NCBI GenBank assembly: GCA_965658675.1
Contig: CBFHTT010000037.1
Location: 16,425 to 80,424 of the forward strand
Direction: 5' to 3'
Length of the DNA stretch: 64,000 nucleotides
From: Limisphaerales bacterium
GTDB taxonomy: Bacteria; Verrucomicrobiota; Verrucomicrobiia; Limisphaerales; CAZKNW01
Shown here: positions 49,902-59,114 of the stretch, piece by piece
Layout: every line of letters begins with the position of its first letter
Numbering within the stretch: position 1 is the stretch's first letter
Program-made: the position numbers and the translations under genes
The notes under the pieces: generated by a model
What the model saw: only the letters and a program-made list of their open reading frames with translations
Databases searched by the model: none
Told to the model about the DNA's origin: nothing

Positions 49902-50423
49902 ATGAAGAAACTCACTTGCTCTCTCGTTGTTTTCGCCCTGTCGGTTCTTGTGTCTGCTGCGGCTTCGCTTTCCAAAGAAGATGCGGTTGCATTGGTCAAG
50001 AGGGTCGAAGTGCTTCAGGAAAAGGTTGCCGTTGGAGATGCGGATACGATTCTTAAGGCCACACATCCATCTGTTTATCCGATGGTTGGAGGCAAGGAGA
50101 ACTACGAGTCGATGACCCGAAAGTCGCTGGCCTTTATATCGGAGAATGTGACGTTCACGGAGACCGAGGTTTCTGCTCCCGCAAAGCTCTACATGGCAGG
50201 TGATAAGGAGGTCTGTTTCGTTCCTGTTTCCGCCATGATGGAAGCACGCGGGATGAAGGCCCGCACCACTAGCTTCTCCATCGCCATTCGCGATAAAGGT
50301 AGCAAGGAATGGAAGTTCGTCGATGGAGGCTCCGTCGCCAAAGATCCGACCCTTGTTAAGAAGCTTCTCCCCAAGCTACCTGAAGACATTGTCCTTCCTC
50401 CATCGAAGATCGAGGAGCTGTAG
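49902..50423 (+). CDS. Secreted hypothetical protein
   Basis: Signal peptide MKKLTCSLVVFALSVLVSAAA; 173 aa. Confidence 0.7.
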   Translation: MKKLTCSLVVFALSVLVSAAASLSKEDAVALVKRVEVLQEKVAVGDADTILKATHPSVYPMVGGKENYESMTRKSLAFISENVTFTETEVSAPAKLYMAGDKEVCFVPVSAMMEARGMKARTTSFSIAIRDKGSKEWKFVDGGSVAKDPTLVKKLLPKLPEDIVLPPSKIEEL

Positions 50424-50526
50424 GATTTGGAGGCTCGGATCGCTTCTGATGACCGACTTGCTGCCCGCATTCTGATGAAACTCGCGCTTTACCTCGTTTC
50501 GGGTGGTTCCGTATTCTCCCGCGCCT

Positions 50527-51504
50527 ATGAAGAAAGGTCCTGTCAGTAAATTCATCGAGCATCATTACCGGCATTTCAATGCGGCGGCGTTGAATCGTGC
50601 AGTGGATGGGTACGTGAGCCATTTGGATAAGGGTGGTAAGATGTTTGTCACGCTGGCTGGTGCGATGAGTACGGCTGAGTTGGGATTGTCTCTGGCGGAG
50701 ATGATTCGTCAGGACAAGGTTCATGGGATCTGCTGCACTGGTGCGAATCTGGAAGAGGATGTTTTTAATCTGGTGGCCCATGATTACTATGAGTCTGTGC
50801 CTGAGTATCGTGATCTCTCCAAAGAGGATGAGCAGGCGCTATTGGACCGTCATCTGAATCGCGTGACCGATACCTGTATCCCTGAAGGTGAGGCGATGCG
50901 TCGGATCGAGAAGGCGGTGCTTGCTGAATGGGTGAAGGCGGACAAGGCAGGAAAGCAGTTCTTCCCTCATGAGTTTTTCTGGAAGGTGATTCGCTCAGGT
51001 AAGCTGAAGAAGTATTACCAGATCGATCCCAAGGACAGCTGGCTGATCGCGGCCATGGAAAAGAAGCTGCCGATGTTTGTTCCGGGATGGGAGGATTCCA
51101 CTCTGGGTAACATGTTTGCCGGTCACTGTATTGAGGGGAATATAAAGAATGTGCACACGGTGCGGACGGGTATCGAATACATGATGTCTCTGGCTCAGTG
51201 GTACACGAAGGTGACGAAGAAGAGTGAGCTTGGGTTCTTTCAGATTGGTGGCGGCATTGCCGGTGATTTCCCCATCTGTGTGGTGCCGATGCTGCATCAG
51301 GATCTGCAACGCACGAGCGTGCCACTGTGGGGATACTTCTGTCAGATCAGTGATTCCACCACGAGTTATGGTTCCTATTCAGGCGCTGTGCCGAATGAAA
51401 AAATCACCTGGGGTAAACTGGGCGTGGATACGCCGAGTTACATCATTGAATCCGATGCCACGATTGTGGCGCCCCTCATGTTCGCCCGCATTCTTGGCTG
51501 GTAG
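50527..51504 (+). CDS. Deoxyhypusine synthase-family protein
   Basis: TLAGAMS, TGANLEED, PGWEDSTLG, IGGG, SYSGA.PNEKITWGK, SDATIVAP. Confidence 0.92.
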   Translation: MKKGPVSKFIEHHYRHFNAAALNRAVDGYVSHLDKGGKMFVTLAGAMSTAELGLSLAEMIRQDKVHGICCTGANLEEDVFNLVAHDYYESVPEYRDLSKEDEQALLDRHLNRVTDTCIPEGEAMRRIEKAVLAEWVKADKAGKQFFPHEFFWKVIRSGKLKKYYQIDPKDSWLIAAMEKKLPMFVPGWEDSTLGNMFAGHCIEGNIKNVHTVRTGIEYMMSLAQWYTKVTKKSELGFFQIGGGIAGDFPICVVPMLHQDLQRTSVPLWGYFCQISDSTTSYGSYSGAVPNEKITWGKLGVDTPSYIIESDATIVAPLMFARILGW

Positions 51505-51508
51505 TCAA

Positions 51509-51610
51509 GGAACGCGGATGCCCACATCCGCGAGAGGGATATGGGATGGGGGAATGTCTAATGACGAGATTCCCAAGCTCTAAGGAATGTCGAATTGTGC
51601 AATGACGAAT
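51509..51610. repeat. REP-like hairpin plus degenerate AATG(A/T)C(G/T)A heptamer repeat
   Basis: CGCGGATG-ccca-CATCCGCG at 51513-51532; AATGTCTAATGACGA...AATGTCGAA...AATGACGAAT at 51553-51610. Confidence 0.55.
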
Positions 51611-51688
51611 TCCTGTCTTGCTGAGAGAAATGAATGCTCTGATGTGCCTCCCCTACGGGCATTGTTTTCTTCCTCCAATTTTCCTGCT

Positions 51689-52525
51689 CTAAATATTCCT
51701 GCCTTCTTTTTCTTTCTCATACACCTTCTTGAAGAATTCGTGTGCTCCGATCCAGCGGATGACGGATGCCTGAAGCGAAGGGAAGAGTTCTCCCATCATG
51801 AAGAGTGGCTTTACCGGAAGGGGATTTACGATGACTTGGGGGCAGTCGTTGTTGATGGCTTTGACAACGGCTTTGGCAACCTTATCCGGTTTGCTGGTGC
51901 CAAGGAGCGCAGGGGCCTTGAGCCCGGTGCGACTGGTGAATCGTTCGTAAATACCCGCTTCCACAAATCCCGGACAAATTGCAGAGGCACTGACCCCTGT
52001 TCCCCGATAAGATGCACGAAAGGATGTGGTGAATCCGACAAGGCCTGCTTTGGTGGCGGCGTAGGGTTCCTGGAGTGCAGGGCCGCTTTTTCCAGCAAGT
52101 GATGAGATGTTGATGATGTGGCCGCGTTTGCGCTCAAGCATTTCGGGAAGCACCAGCCGGGTAAGTCGCATGGGGGCTTCCAGATTGAGACGGAGGACGG
52201 ATTCGAGTTCGTCCTCCTTCAACTCGTGCATGGGACAGGTGTATTCGACACCGGCGTTGTTGATAAGCAGATCAATCCCGCCTAGGGCGTCTCTTGCTTC
52301 ATCGACGGCGCGTTTCTGTTCCTCCGGGTCGCGAAGGTCGGCACAGGTAAAGTGCGCGTCGACACCGGCCTTGCGCGCATTGTCGCGGAGTGATTCGAGT
52401 TCCTTACCGGGGTAGGCAACGAGTGAAAGATCGACGCCGTGTTTGGCAAGCTCGAGGGTGATGATCGTTCCCAGACCGCCTGAGGCGCCTGTGACAAGTG
52501 CTTTGAGTCCGGGTTCCAGTTTCAT
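51689..52525 (-). CDS. Short-chain dehydrogenase/reductase
   Basis: VTGASGGLG, LINNAG, NISSLAG, YAATK. Confidence 0.93.
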   Translation of the reverse strand: MKLEPGLKALVTGASGGLGTIITLELAKHGVDLSLVAYPGKELESLRDNARKAGVDAHFTCADLRDPEEQKRAVDEARDALGGIDLLINNAGVEYTCPMHELKEDELESVLRLNLEAPMRLTRLVLPEMLERKRGHIINISSLAGKSGPALQEPYAATKAGLVGFTTSFRASYRGTGVSASAICPGFVEAGIYERFTSRTGLKAPALLGTSKPDKVAKAVVKAINNDCPQVIVNPLPVKPLFMMGELFPSLQASVIRWIGAHEFFKKVYEKEKEGRNI

Positions 52526-52552
52526 GCTGATAAGAGAGGGGGGATTGCGGGC

Positions 52553-53374
52553 TTATTCCAGACCTTTGTAGAATGCCTTCGCGGTTTGGCAGGTGGCCTT
52601 GCTGAGTTCATCAACGGTGATACCACGGGCATCGGCAATGAACTCGGCAGTGTTTCTTGTGAAGGCTGGTTCGCAACGTTTTCCACGGTGCGGCATGGGA
52701 GCAAGGAAGGGGGCATCTGTCTCACACATGAGGGAATCCAGCGGTGTGGCCAACATGGTTTCCTTTACTTCCTGTGCGTTCTTGAATGTCACGATTCCGG
52801 TGAAGCTGACCAAGGAATTCAAAGCCAGCACTTGTCGCATGCGCTCAGGTGTATCAACGAAACAATGAAAGACTCCACGCACGCGATCGGCAAAGGGCTT
52901 CAGGATTTCAATGGTGTCGTCAAAGGCACTGCGCTGGTGAATGACCGTGTTGAGATTCAGTTCGGCTGCGATCTCAAGATGTTGTTTGAAGATGCGCGCC
53001 TGCTTGTCGATCAACACGCGATCATCCTCCACCGTGCCTTCCTCGCGCTTGGAGGGAAGGTGATGGTAGTCCAGTCCTGTTTCACCAATGGCGACCACCT
53101 TGGGTTGCGAGGCGAGTTGTCTGAGTTCGTCGCGCACGTCATCTGAAGCCTCCATGACGTCGCAGGGATGCCATCCAATGACGGCGTAGACCTCGTCATA
53201 CTTGGCAGCCATGGCAATGGCTTTCTCGCTGCTTTGGCGATCAGTGCCGATAGTTACGAGGCGTGTGATACCGGCTTCTTTGGCGCGCTTGAGAACATCT
53301 TCCAACTCAGATTCCAGCTTTGGAAATCCAAGGTGACAATGCGTGTCAAAGATGGGGCAGTGATCGTAATTCAT
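52553..53374 (-). CDS. tatD: TatD-family hydrolase
   Basis: DTHCHL, GWHP, AIGETGLDY, HCF, ETDAPFLAP. Confidence 0.93.
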   Translation of the reverse strand: MNYDHCPIFDTHCHLGFPKLESELEDVLKRAKEAGITRLVTIGTDRQSSEKAIAMAAKYDEVYAVIGWHPCDVMEASDDVRDELRQLASQPKVVAIGETGLDYHHLPSKREEGTVEDDRVLIDKQARIFKQHLEIAAELNLNTVIHQRSAFDDTIEILKPFADRVRGVFHCFVDTPERMRQVLALNSLVSFTGIVTFKNAQEVKETMLATPLDSLMCETDAPFLAPMPHRGKRCEPAFTRNTAEFIADARGITVDELSKATCQTAKAFYKGLE

Positions 53375-53479
53375 TTGGAGATACGTATAAGTCTTTGGTG
53401 GCGGTCCCGCTCAGCGGGATTACCACTCTGATTGATCGGTTTCCGATGGGAGGGATGAGCCCACATCGGGAAAGTTGGC

Positions 53480-54481
53480 TTACTCTCCAGCCATGGCCCT
53501 TGCCGCTTCTGCTGCGGCGCGGCGTTTGGAGGCAATGCGTTTGATGATTTCGTCGGCACTGACACCGGCGAGAATGACACCGCCGATGATGGCGTATTCG
53601 ATGTGGGTGGGGATCCAATCCACAAGGATGATCATGTTGCGCAGGACCTGCATCAGAGCGGCACCAATAACGACACCGATAATCGTTCCAGTGCCGCCTC
53701 TGAGACTACAGCCTCCCAGCACTGCGGCTGCAATGGCGTAGAGCTCATAGAAGTTACCAAAGTCACTAGGCTGAGCTGAATTGATATCCATCACAAACAG
53801 CATGCCTCCGAGACCTGAGAGCGTGGCGCAGATGACATAAGCAAGGATGATCATCCGGTCTGTGTTGATACCACTGTAGCGAGCTGCCTCTTCATTACGT
53901 CCGAGCGCCATGAGGTAGCGACCATAGATGGTCTTGTTCAGGAAGATGGCTGCTGCAACGGCGACGAATATGAGAATCAGGCAAGGGGCAGGTAGCTTAA
54001 AACTCTCAATGCCCGGAATGGAAATGCCTCCATTGGCCCACCAGCGGAGCTTGGTAAATTCGTTTCCAAATCCTTGAATCTGATCCTCCGTATATCCACG
54101 TGTCAGACCGCGATAGACCAGCAAACCGCAAAGGGTCACGACAAAGGGTTGGAGCTTCAACTTGGTGATCAACGATCCATGAACGAGCCCGACTAGAACA
54201 GAAACGGCAAGGATCGTAGGGATGGCCAGCCAGAGCGACCATTCATGTTCGATGGCAAGGAAAGGCAGGCCGCAACCAACAAGACAGATCACGGAACCGA
54301 TGGACAGGTCAATGCCGCTGGTGATGATGACGAAGGCCACACCGATACTGATGATACCGAAGAGGGAGGTTCTCCGGATCAGGTTCTCAATGTTGTAGGC
54401 GGAGAGGAAATTATTGTTGAGCAGGGCGGTCATGGTGCAGACCACGATCAACAGGATCAGAATGCCGAGAATCTTTTTCAT
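53480..54481 (-). CDS. Monosaccharide ABC transporter permease (RbsC-like)
   Basis: GIDLSIGS, PFVVTL, G.NEEAARYSGI, YELYAIAAAVLGG.SL.GG.G. Confidence 0.92.
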   Translation of the reverse strand: MKKILGILILLIVVCTMTALLNNNFLSAYNIENLIRRTSLFGIISIGVAFVIITSGIDLSIGSVICLVGCGLPFLAIEHEWSLWLAIPTILAVSVLVGLVHGSLITKLKLQPFVVTLCGLLVYRGLTRGYTEDQIQGFGNEFTKLRWWANGGISIPGIESFKLPAPCLILIFVAVAAAIFLNKTIYGRYLMALGRNEEAARYSGINTDRMIILAYVICATLSGLGGMLFVMDINSAQPSDFGNFYELYAIAAAVLGGCSLRGGTGTIIGVVIGAALMQVLRNMIILVDWIPTHIEYAIIGGVILAGVSADEIIKRIASKRRAAAEAARAMAGE

Positions 54482-55980
54482 CAGTTGGTAATTCCGGTGG
54501 CGAGGCGCATGACGGCCTCTTCGCTAAGTTCATTTCGTTGGAGTTCGCCGGTGAGACGTCCCTCATGCATGACCAGTGTGCGGTCTGACATACCGAGGAT
54601 TTCCTCCATTTCGCTGGAGACAAACAGAATGGCCACGCCGCGTTCTGCCAGTTCCTCCATCAATTGATAAATCTCTTCCTTTGCTCCGATGTCGATGCCA
54701 CGTGTGGGTTCATCAAGGAGCAGGATGTCCGGCTCCATGGTCAGCCATTTGCCGAGCACGACCTTCTGTTGGTTGCCTCCAGACAAGAACTGAACCAGCT
54801 GCTCAGGTCCCGGAGTCTTGACCCTCATTTTTTGGGTCATTTCCTCGGTGATTTCATTTTCCTTACTCCGATTTAGAAATCCCTTTTTCTGATCGCGCCC
54901 GAGGGATGCCATGCTCATATTTTCACGCACGGACATCTCAAGAACCACGCCCTGTTGTTTGCGGTCTTCAGGCGCAAGCATGATGCCGGAGCTGATAGCC
55001 TCGATGGGACTACTGATCTTGGTGGAGGTTCCTTTGACTTCGATGGAGCCCTCCAGAGGCGGGGCAATGCCAAAGAGCGACTGCAACATCTCTGTGCGGC
55101 CGGCTCCCACCAATCCCGCGACGCCTACGATCTCACCAGAGCGAATACTGAAATTGATCAAATGAGCCGGGTTGGCAGGAGTGCGGAGATTCTTTACCTC
55201 AAGCGCGACATCGCCTGGCTCATGGGCATTGCGTTGGTAGAATTGTGAAACATCGCGACCCACCATCAAGCGGACCATGGCGTCGTGATTGATATCAGCC
55301 ACATCCAGATCGCCAGCGTTCTCTCCATCCCGCAGGACGGTGACGCGGTCTGAAAGCTCCTTCACTTCTCCCAAGCGATGAGAAATGTAGATCACGCTCA
55401 CACCTTTGGAACGCAGGTCCTTGATCACCTCAAAGAGGCGCTTGGTCTCATGCGTGGAGAGACTGGAGGTAGGCTCATCCATGATGAGCACTCTGGCGTT
55501 GGTGGAAAGGGCCTTGGCGATCTCGACCAGTTGCTGCTTACCGATAGGGAGTTCGCCCACCAGCATGTCTGGTGATGCATCGAGTCCCACCGCTTCAAGG
55601 TATTTGACCGCGTCCTTTCGAATCTTGGCGTCGTCGATCAACCCGTATTTGAGAGGCTCTCTTCCGAGAAAGATATTGGCACCAATGGTGAGATTGGCGG
55701 CCAGATTCAACTCCTGATGAATGAGTGAGATGCCCTTTGCCTGGGCATCTTGAAAACGTTGGATCTCGAACTCTTCTCCATCCACAAGCAATTGTCCCTC
55801 GTCCTGCTTGTGGACGCCGGCAAGCACCTTCATCAATGTGCTTTTTCCTGCACCGTTTTCGCCGATGATGGAAAGCACTTCACTCTTGTGAAGCTTCATG
55901 CTCACGCCTCTCAATGCACGGACACCGGGGAAGGATTTCACGATACCTCGTGCTTCCAGGAGTGGCTTGGAGTCGGTCAT
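54481..55980 (-). CDS. Monosaccharide ABC transporter ATP-binding protein (RbsA-like)
   Basis: GENGAGKST, MDEPT, LSGGNQQK, LDEPTRGID. Confidence 0.94.
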   Translation of the reverse strand: MTDSKPLLEARGIVKSFPGVRALRGVSMKLHKSEVLSIIGENGAGKSTLMKVLAGVHKQDEGQLLVDGEEFEIQRFQDAQAKGISLIHQELNLAANLTIGANIFLGREPLKYGLIDDAKIRKDAVKYLEAVGLDASPDMLVGELPIGKQQLVEIAKALSTNARVLIMDEPTSSLSTHETKRLFEVIKDLRSKGVSVIYISHRLGEVKELSDRVTVLRDGENAGDLDVADINHDAMVRLMVGRDVSQFYQRNAHEPGDVALEVKNLRTPANPAHLINFSIRSGEIVGVAGLVGAGRTEMLQSLFGIAPPLEGSIEVKGTSTKISSPIEAISSGIMLAPEDRKQQGVVLEMSVRENMSMASLGRDQKKGFLNRSKENEITEEMTQKMRVKTPGPEQLVQFLSGGNQQKVVLGKWLTMEPDILLLDEPTRGIDIGAKEEIYQLMEELAERGVAILFVSSEMEEILGMSDRTLVMHEGRLTGELQRNELSEEAVMRLATGITN

Positions 55981-56012
55981 TTAGGGCAAAAAAGCAGGGT
56001 GGAGAAACGGAT

Positions 56013-56045
56013 AAACCCAGCGGCCGTTTCAGAACCGCTGGGTTT
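56013..56045 (-). terminator. Intercistronic stem-loop after the substrate-binding protein gene
   Basis: AAACCCAGCGG-11 nt-CCGCTGGGTTT. Confidence 0.65.
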
Positions 56046-56065
56046 GAGAAAAAGAGGTATGAGGA

Positions 56066-57118
56066 TCAGCCTTCGCCAACCTTGGTCTTCAGGTCGTCCC
56101 AGAATTCAACGACGTTGTCCTTGCGGATCTGACGGGCTGGGATGTCGATGAAGCCACCTTCTGGAATCACGCTGTTGTTTTCCTTGGTGAGTTCCACGAG
56201 CACTTCAACAGACTTGCGTCCGTACTCGTATGGATTCTGAACGACTGTTCCGTGAACATGACCATCCTGGATGCCTTGGAGCGTGGCGTCATCTTCATCG
56301 AATGCGACGATCTGGACCTGACCCAGTTTGCCGGCTGCCTTCAGAGCCTCGACTGCAGCAGGAGGGTTGTAGGCGAAGAGTCCAACCATGCACCCGATGT
56401 CAGGATACTTGGCGAGTGTGTCCTCAGCATTGCCTTTGGCGCGTGCACGATCGAACTGATCGGTCAGTGTGCCGAGGATCTGATATTTGTCGTTCTTGAG
56501 GACTGCGTTTGGTGGATCGAAATTGCTTGGGTTGTAGTCGCGGCCCAGAACTTCATCGATGACTCCCTGACGACGACGCTTCGCATTGTCCTGCTCCATA
56601 CGGCCGACAAGAATCATGATGGTGCCGCCATTGGGAAGCGCTTCCTTGACCAACTCACCGCACATGCGTCCGGCCTTGTAGTTATCCATGCCGATGTAGC
56701 AAAGGCGGTTGGATTCCGGGGCGTCAGAGTCTTGTGTGATCAACTTGCAACGCTCGGCAGCCTTGTTGAGAAGATCGGTCTGGTTGGCTGGATCAATAGG
56801 GCTGATGGCCATGCCTTCAAATCCACGGATGAGAAGATCCTCCACCTTCTGTTTCTGGTCTGCCAGATCCTGAGGCATGATGACCTCCACATCTGCATTG
56901 AACTGCTGTCCACCGGCTTCAACGCCCTTTGCGGCAATCGTCCAGAAGGATGCGACGCCATTACTGATAAAGGCCACCTTGGGCTTTTTGGCGCTGCTGG
57001 AGTCGTCTGGATATGAACCACCACCAGAGCTGGTGTCACCACCGCCGGGACCACATCCTAGAGTGAATGCCGCCAAAGAGGCAGCTGCTGCAAGAGAGAG
57101 AAAACGAGCCGTATTCAT
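56066..57118 (-). CDS. Sugar ABC transporter substrate-binding lipoprotein
   Basis: Lipobox TLGC; SFW, ISPID, QDSDAP, YIGMDNY.AG, VVQNPY. Confidence 0.92.
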   Translation of the reverse strand: MNTARFLSLAAAASLAAFTLGCGPGGGDTSSGGGSYPDDSSSAKKPKVAFISNGVASFWTIAAKGVEAGGQQFNADVEVIMPQDLADQKQKVEDLLIRGFEGMAISPIDPANQTDLLNKAAERCKLITQDSDAPESNRLCYIGMDNYKAGRMCGELVKEALPNGGTIMILVGRMEQDNAKRRRQGVIDEVLGRDYNPSNFDPPNAVLKNDKYQILGTLTDQFDRARAKGNAEDTLAKYPDIGCMVGLFAYNPPAAVEALKAAGKLGQVQIVAFDEDDATLQGIQDGHVHGTVVQNPYEYGRKSVEVLVELTKENNSVIPEGGFIDIPARQIRKDNVVEFWDDLKTKVGEG

Positions 57119-57228
57119 AGGGATGCGGACGTTCTAAACAGAAACCCGGAGTTTGTCCATGGGTGACCTCAGTCTTTTCCTGTGAGAATGCGGTCTATCG
57201 AGGCGGGGAGTCTCCGCTGCCAACGGTA

Positions 57229-58305
57229 TCAGAGCCCCTTGAGGATGGGCGCCATGATATCCACTTGCCATGGCATGATCTTCTCACTTGCTCGCTTCCA
57301 GTCGTTGGCCAGTGAAATGAGGATGGCTTTGCTGGCGATGATGGTGGGATCAATCTCCAGCTGGGCTGCGACACCATCGCGGTGCTTTTGAAGGATCTCA
57401 AAGCGGTCCAATTCCTCTTTGGTCGGGCGGGCATGCCGCACCTTGGGCGGGTGCGTTGGAAGCTGGTCGTCTGGAACATCGAGCCCCTTCTGGACTTCTA
57501 CCATGAATTCATCCTTGCGGTGCTGTGGCCATTTCCTTGGGAGGAGATGTTCGCACTCCTTGCCCTCAGCAGCTGCGCTGGAGACTTTGAGGAGCGTGTC
57601 GTGCTTCAGGATGAAAAAGAGCGGGCGATTTGCCTGGATGGCCTGCTTTTCACGCCATTGCCAAACATGCTTGAGAACGGCCAATGCGCGCTCACTGAGC
57701 TTGCTGGAGCCTTTGATCCTCCAAAGTGAATCTGGATCAGGCGGCGGGGTGTTAGTGCAGTCATTGATGAGCTTGTTGCACCATTGCTCATGCCATTCAA
57801 GACGTCCTTTGATATCCAGCTCACTGGCCAACTCGTGTGCAAGTGGCTGTAGGTAGCGGGTGTCATTCATCGCGTAGGCGACCATCTTCTCCGTCAACGG
57901 ACGTCGGGCCCAATTGGCTTTCTGCGAAGATTTTTCAAGGGTTTTGCCCAATTTGGCTTCGACGAGATTGCCCAGCCCCAGCTGTTTGTATCCCAGCATG
58001 GAGGCTCCAAGCATGGTGTCGAAAATGGCATGGGGAATGAACTGGTAAATGCGTTTCATCAGGCGCAGATCGTAGTCTGCACCGTGCAGGATCATGGTCC
58101 GTGATTCGAGCGCAGCCCACAATGGGTCCAGATCTACACCGGCTAGTGGATCAATGAGGGTGTCGCCTGAAGGGAGGCTGAATTGAAGAAGACAGATCTT
58201 TTCCGGATAGGCGTGGAGGCTGTCTGCCTCCGTATCCATGGCGATCCATGAGGCGTCTTTGAGCCTCGCCAGCCATTGTGCAAGTTCCTTATCCGTTTGG
58301 ATCAT
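57229..58305 (-). CDS. rnd: Ribonuclease D family (3'-5' exonuclease + HRDC)
   Basis: AMDTEADS, CLLQ, HGADYDL, FDT, W.RRPL, YA.ND; HRDC WRE..A. Confidence 0.9.
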   Translation of the reverse strand: MIQTDKELAQWLARLKDASWIAMDTEADSLHAYPEKICLLQFSLPSGDTLIDPLAGVDLDPLWAALESRTMILHGADYDLRLMKRIYQFIPHAIFDTMLGASMLGYKQLGLGNLVEAKLGKTLEKSSQKANWARRPLTEKMVAYAMNDTRYLQPLAHELASELDIKGRLEWHEQWCNKLINDCTNTPPPDPDSLWRIKGSSKLSERALAVLKHVWQWREKQAIQANRPLFFILKHDTLLKVSSAAAEGKECEHLLPRKWPQHRKDEFMVEVQKGLDVPDDQLPTHPPKVRHARPTKEELDRFEILQKHRDGVAAQLEIDPTIIASKAILISLANDWKRASEKIMPWQVDIMAPILKGL

Positions 58306-58364
58306 TCGGAAGAGATTCTTTCTCTAGGGCCAGATTTGAAAGGGGATTTTTCAGGAAAATCCAA

Positions 58365-59114
58365 TTATTTGCGCTTCCAGACGCTGGCGAGGGCCACACT
58401 CCACTGGTATTTGCGGGCGTGCTCACGGATGAGAAATGGCATGTCACGAGTGCTCTTGAGCTCAAAATTGGCGCTCAGTTGTTCGCTCAAACCTTCCAAG
58501 GTGCTCTTGGGGCCATCGGGAAGCCCACCGAGCCAATTGGCGCTGGGGGTAAATTCCTCCAACCAGGTGCAGGGCGTGCAAAGGATCAGTGTCCCACCGG
58601 GATTGACCAGTTCAGGTAGACGGTTCAGGAGCTTCAGTGGTTCAGTCAGCCGACAAAGCAGATTGGCGGCAAGGACGATGTCGAATGACCCAAGGTCTTT
58701 CCTCAGGTCCATCGCGTCTCCTTGTTCGAACGTGACGCGTGAGACATCGATCTGATCTGATAGGGAGGCGGTTGCCGATTTGGTGACCTTGCCTTCCTCT
58801 AGAAACTCGTAGGGCAGACTGCCATTTGCCTTCAGGTCGTTGGCGGCATCGATGAAGCGTTGCGAGTAGTCGATACCAATGACCGATTGGCAAAGCGCCG
58901 CCAGTTCAAATGTGGATCTGCCAACCGCGCAACCGAGATCGAGCGCCTTGGCATTTTCAGGGATATCCTCTGTTGTGAGATTGTGGCGCACGCACCGCAC
59001 CGGATAATCCAGTGCGGTGGTGGGGCCAAACTCGTGAGGAAGGACATCTTCCGGACTGCCGTAGTGAAACAGCAGGTATTCGGAAAGCGCCTTGTCCGAC
59101 TCGTAAAAGCTCAT
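58365..59114 (-). CDS. Stand-alone methyltransferase resembling the OvoA C-terminal (mercaptohistidine N-methyltransferase) domain
   Basis: YESD..LSEYLLFHYG, ALDLGCAVGRSTFEL, GIDYSQRFI, GDA, P.TW.EEFT, IREHARKYQ. Confidence 0.82.
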   Translation of the reverse strand: MSFYESDKALSEYLLFHYGSPEDVLPHEFGPTTALDYPVRCVRHNLTTEDIPENAKALDLGCAVGRSTFELAALCQSVIGIDYSQRFIDAANDLKANGSLPYEFLEEGKVTKSATASLSDQIDVSRVTFEQGDAMDLRKDLGSFDIVLAANLLCRLTEPLKLLNRLPELVNPGGTLILCTPCTWLEEFTPSANWLGGLPDGPKSTLEGLSEQLSANFELKSTRDMPFLIREHARKYQWSVALASVWKRK

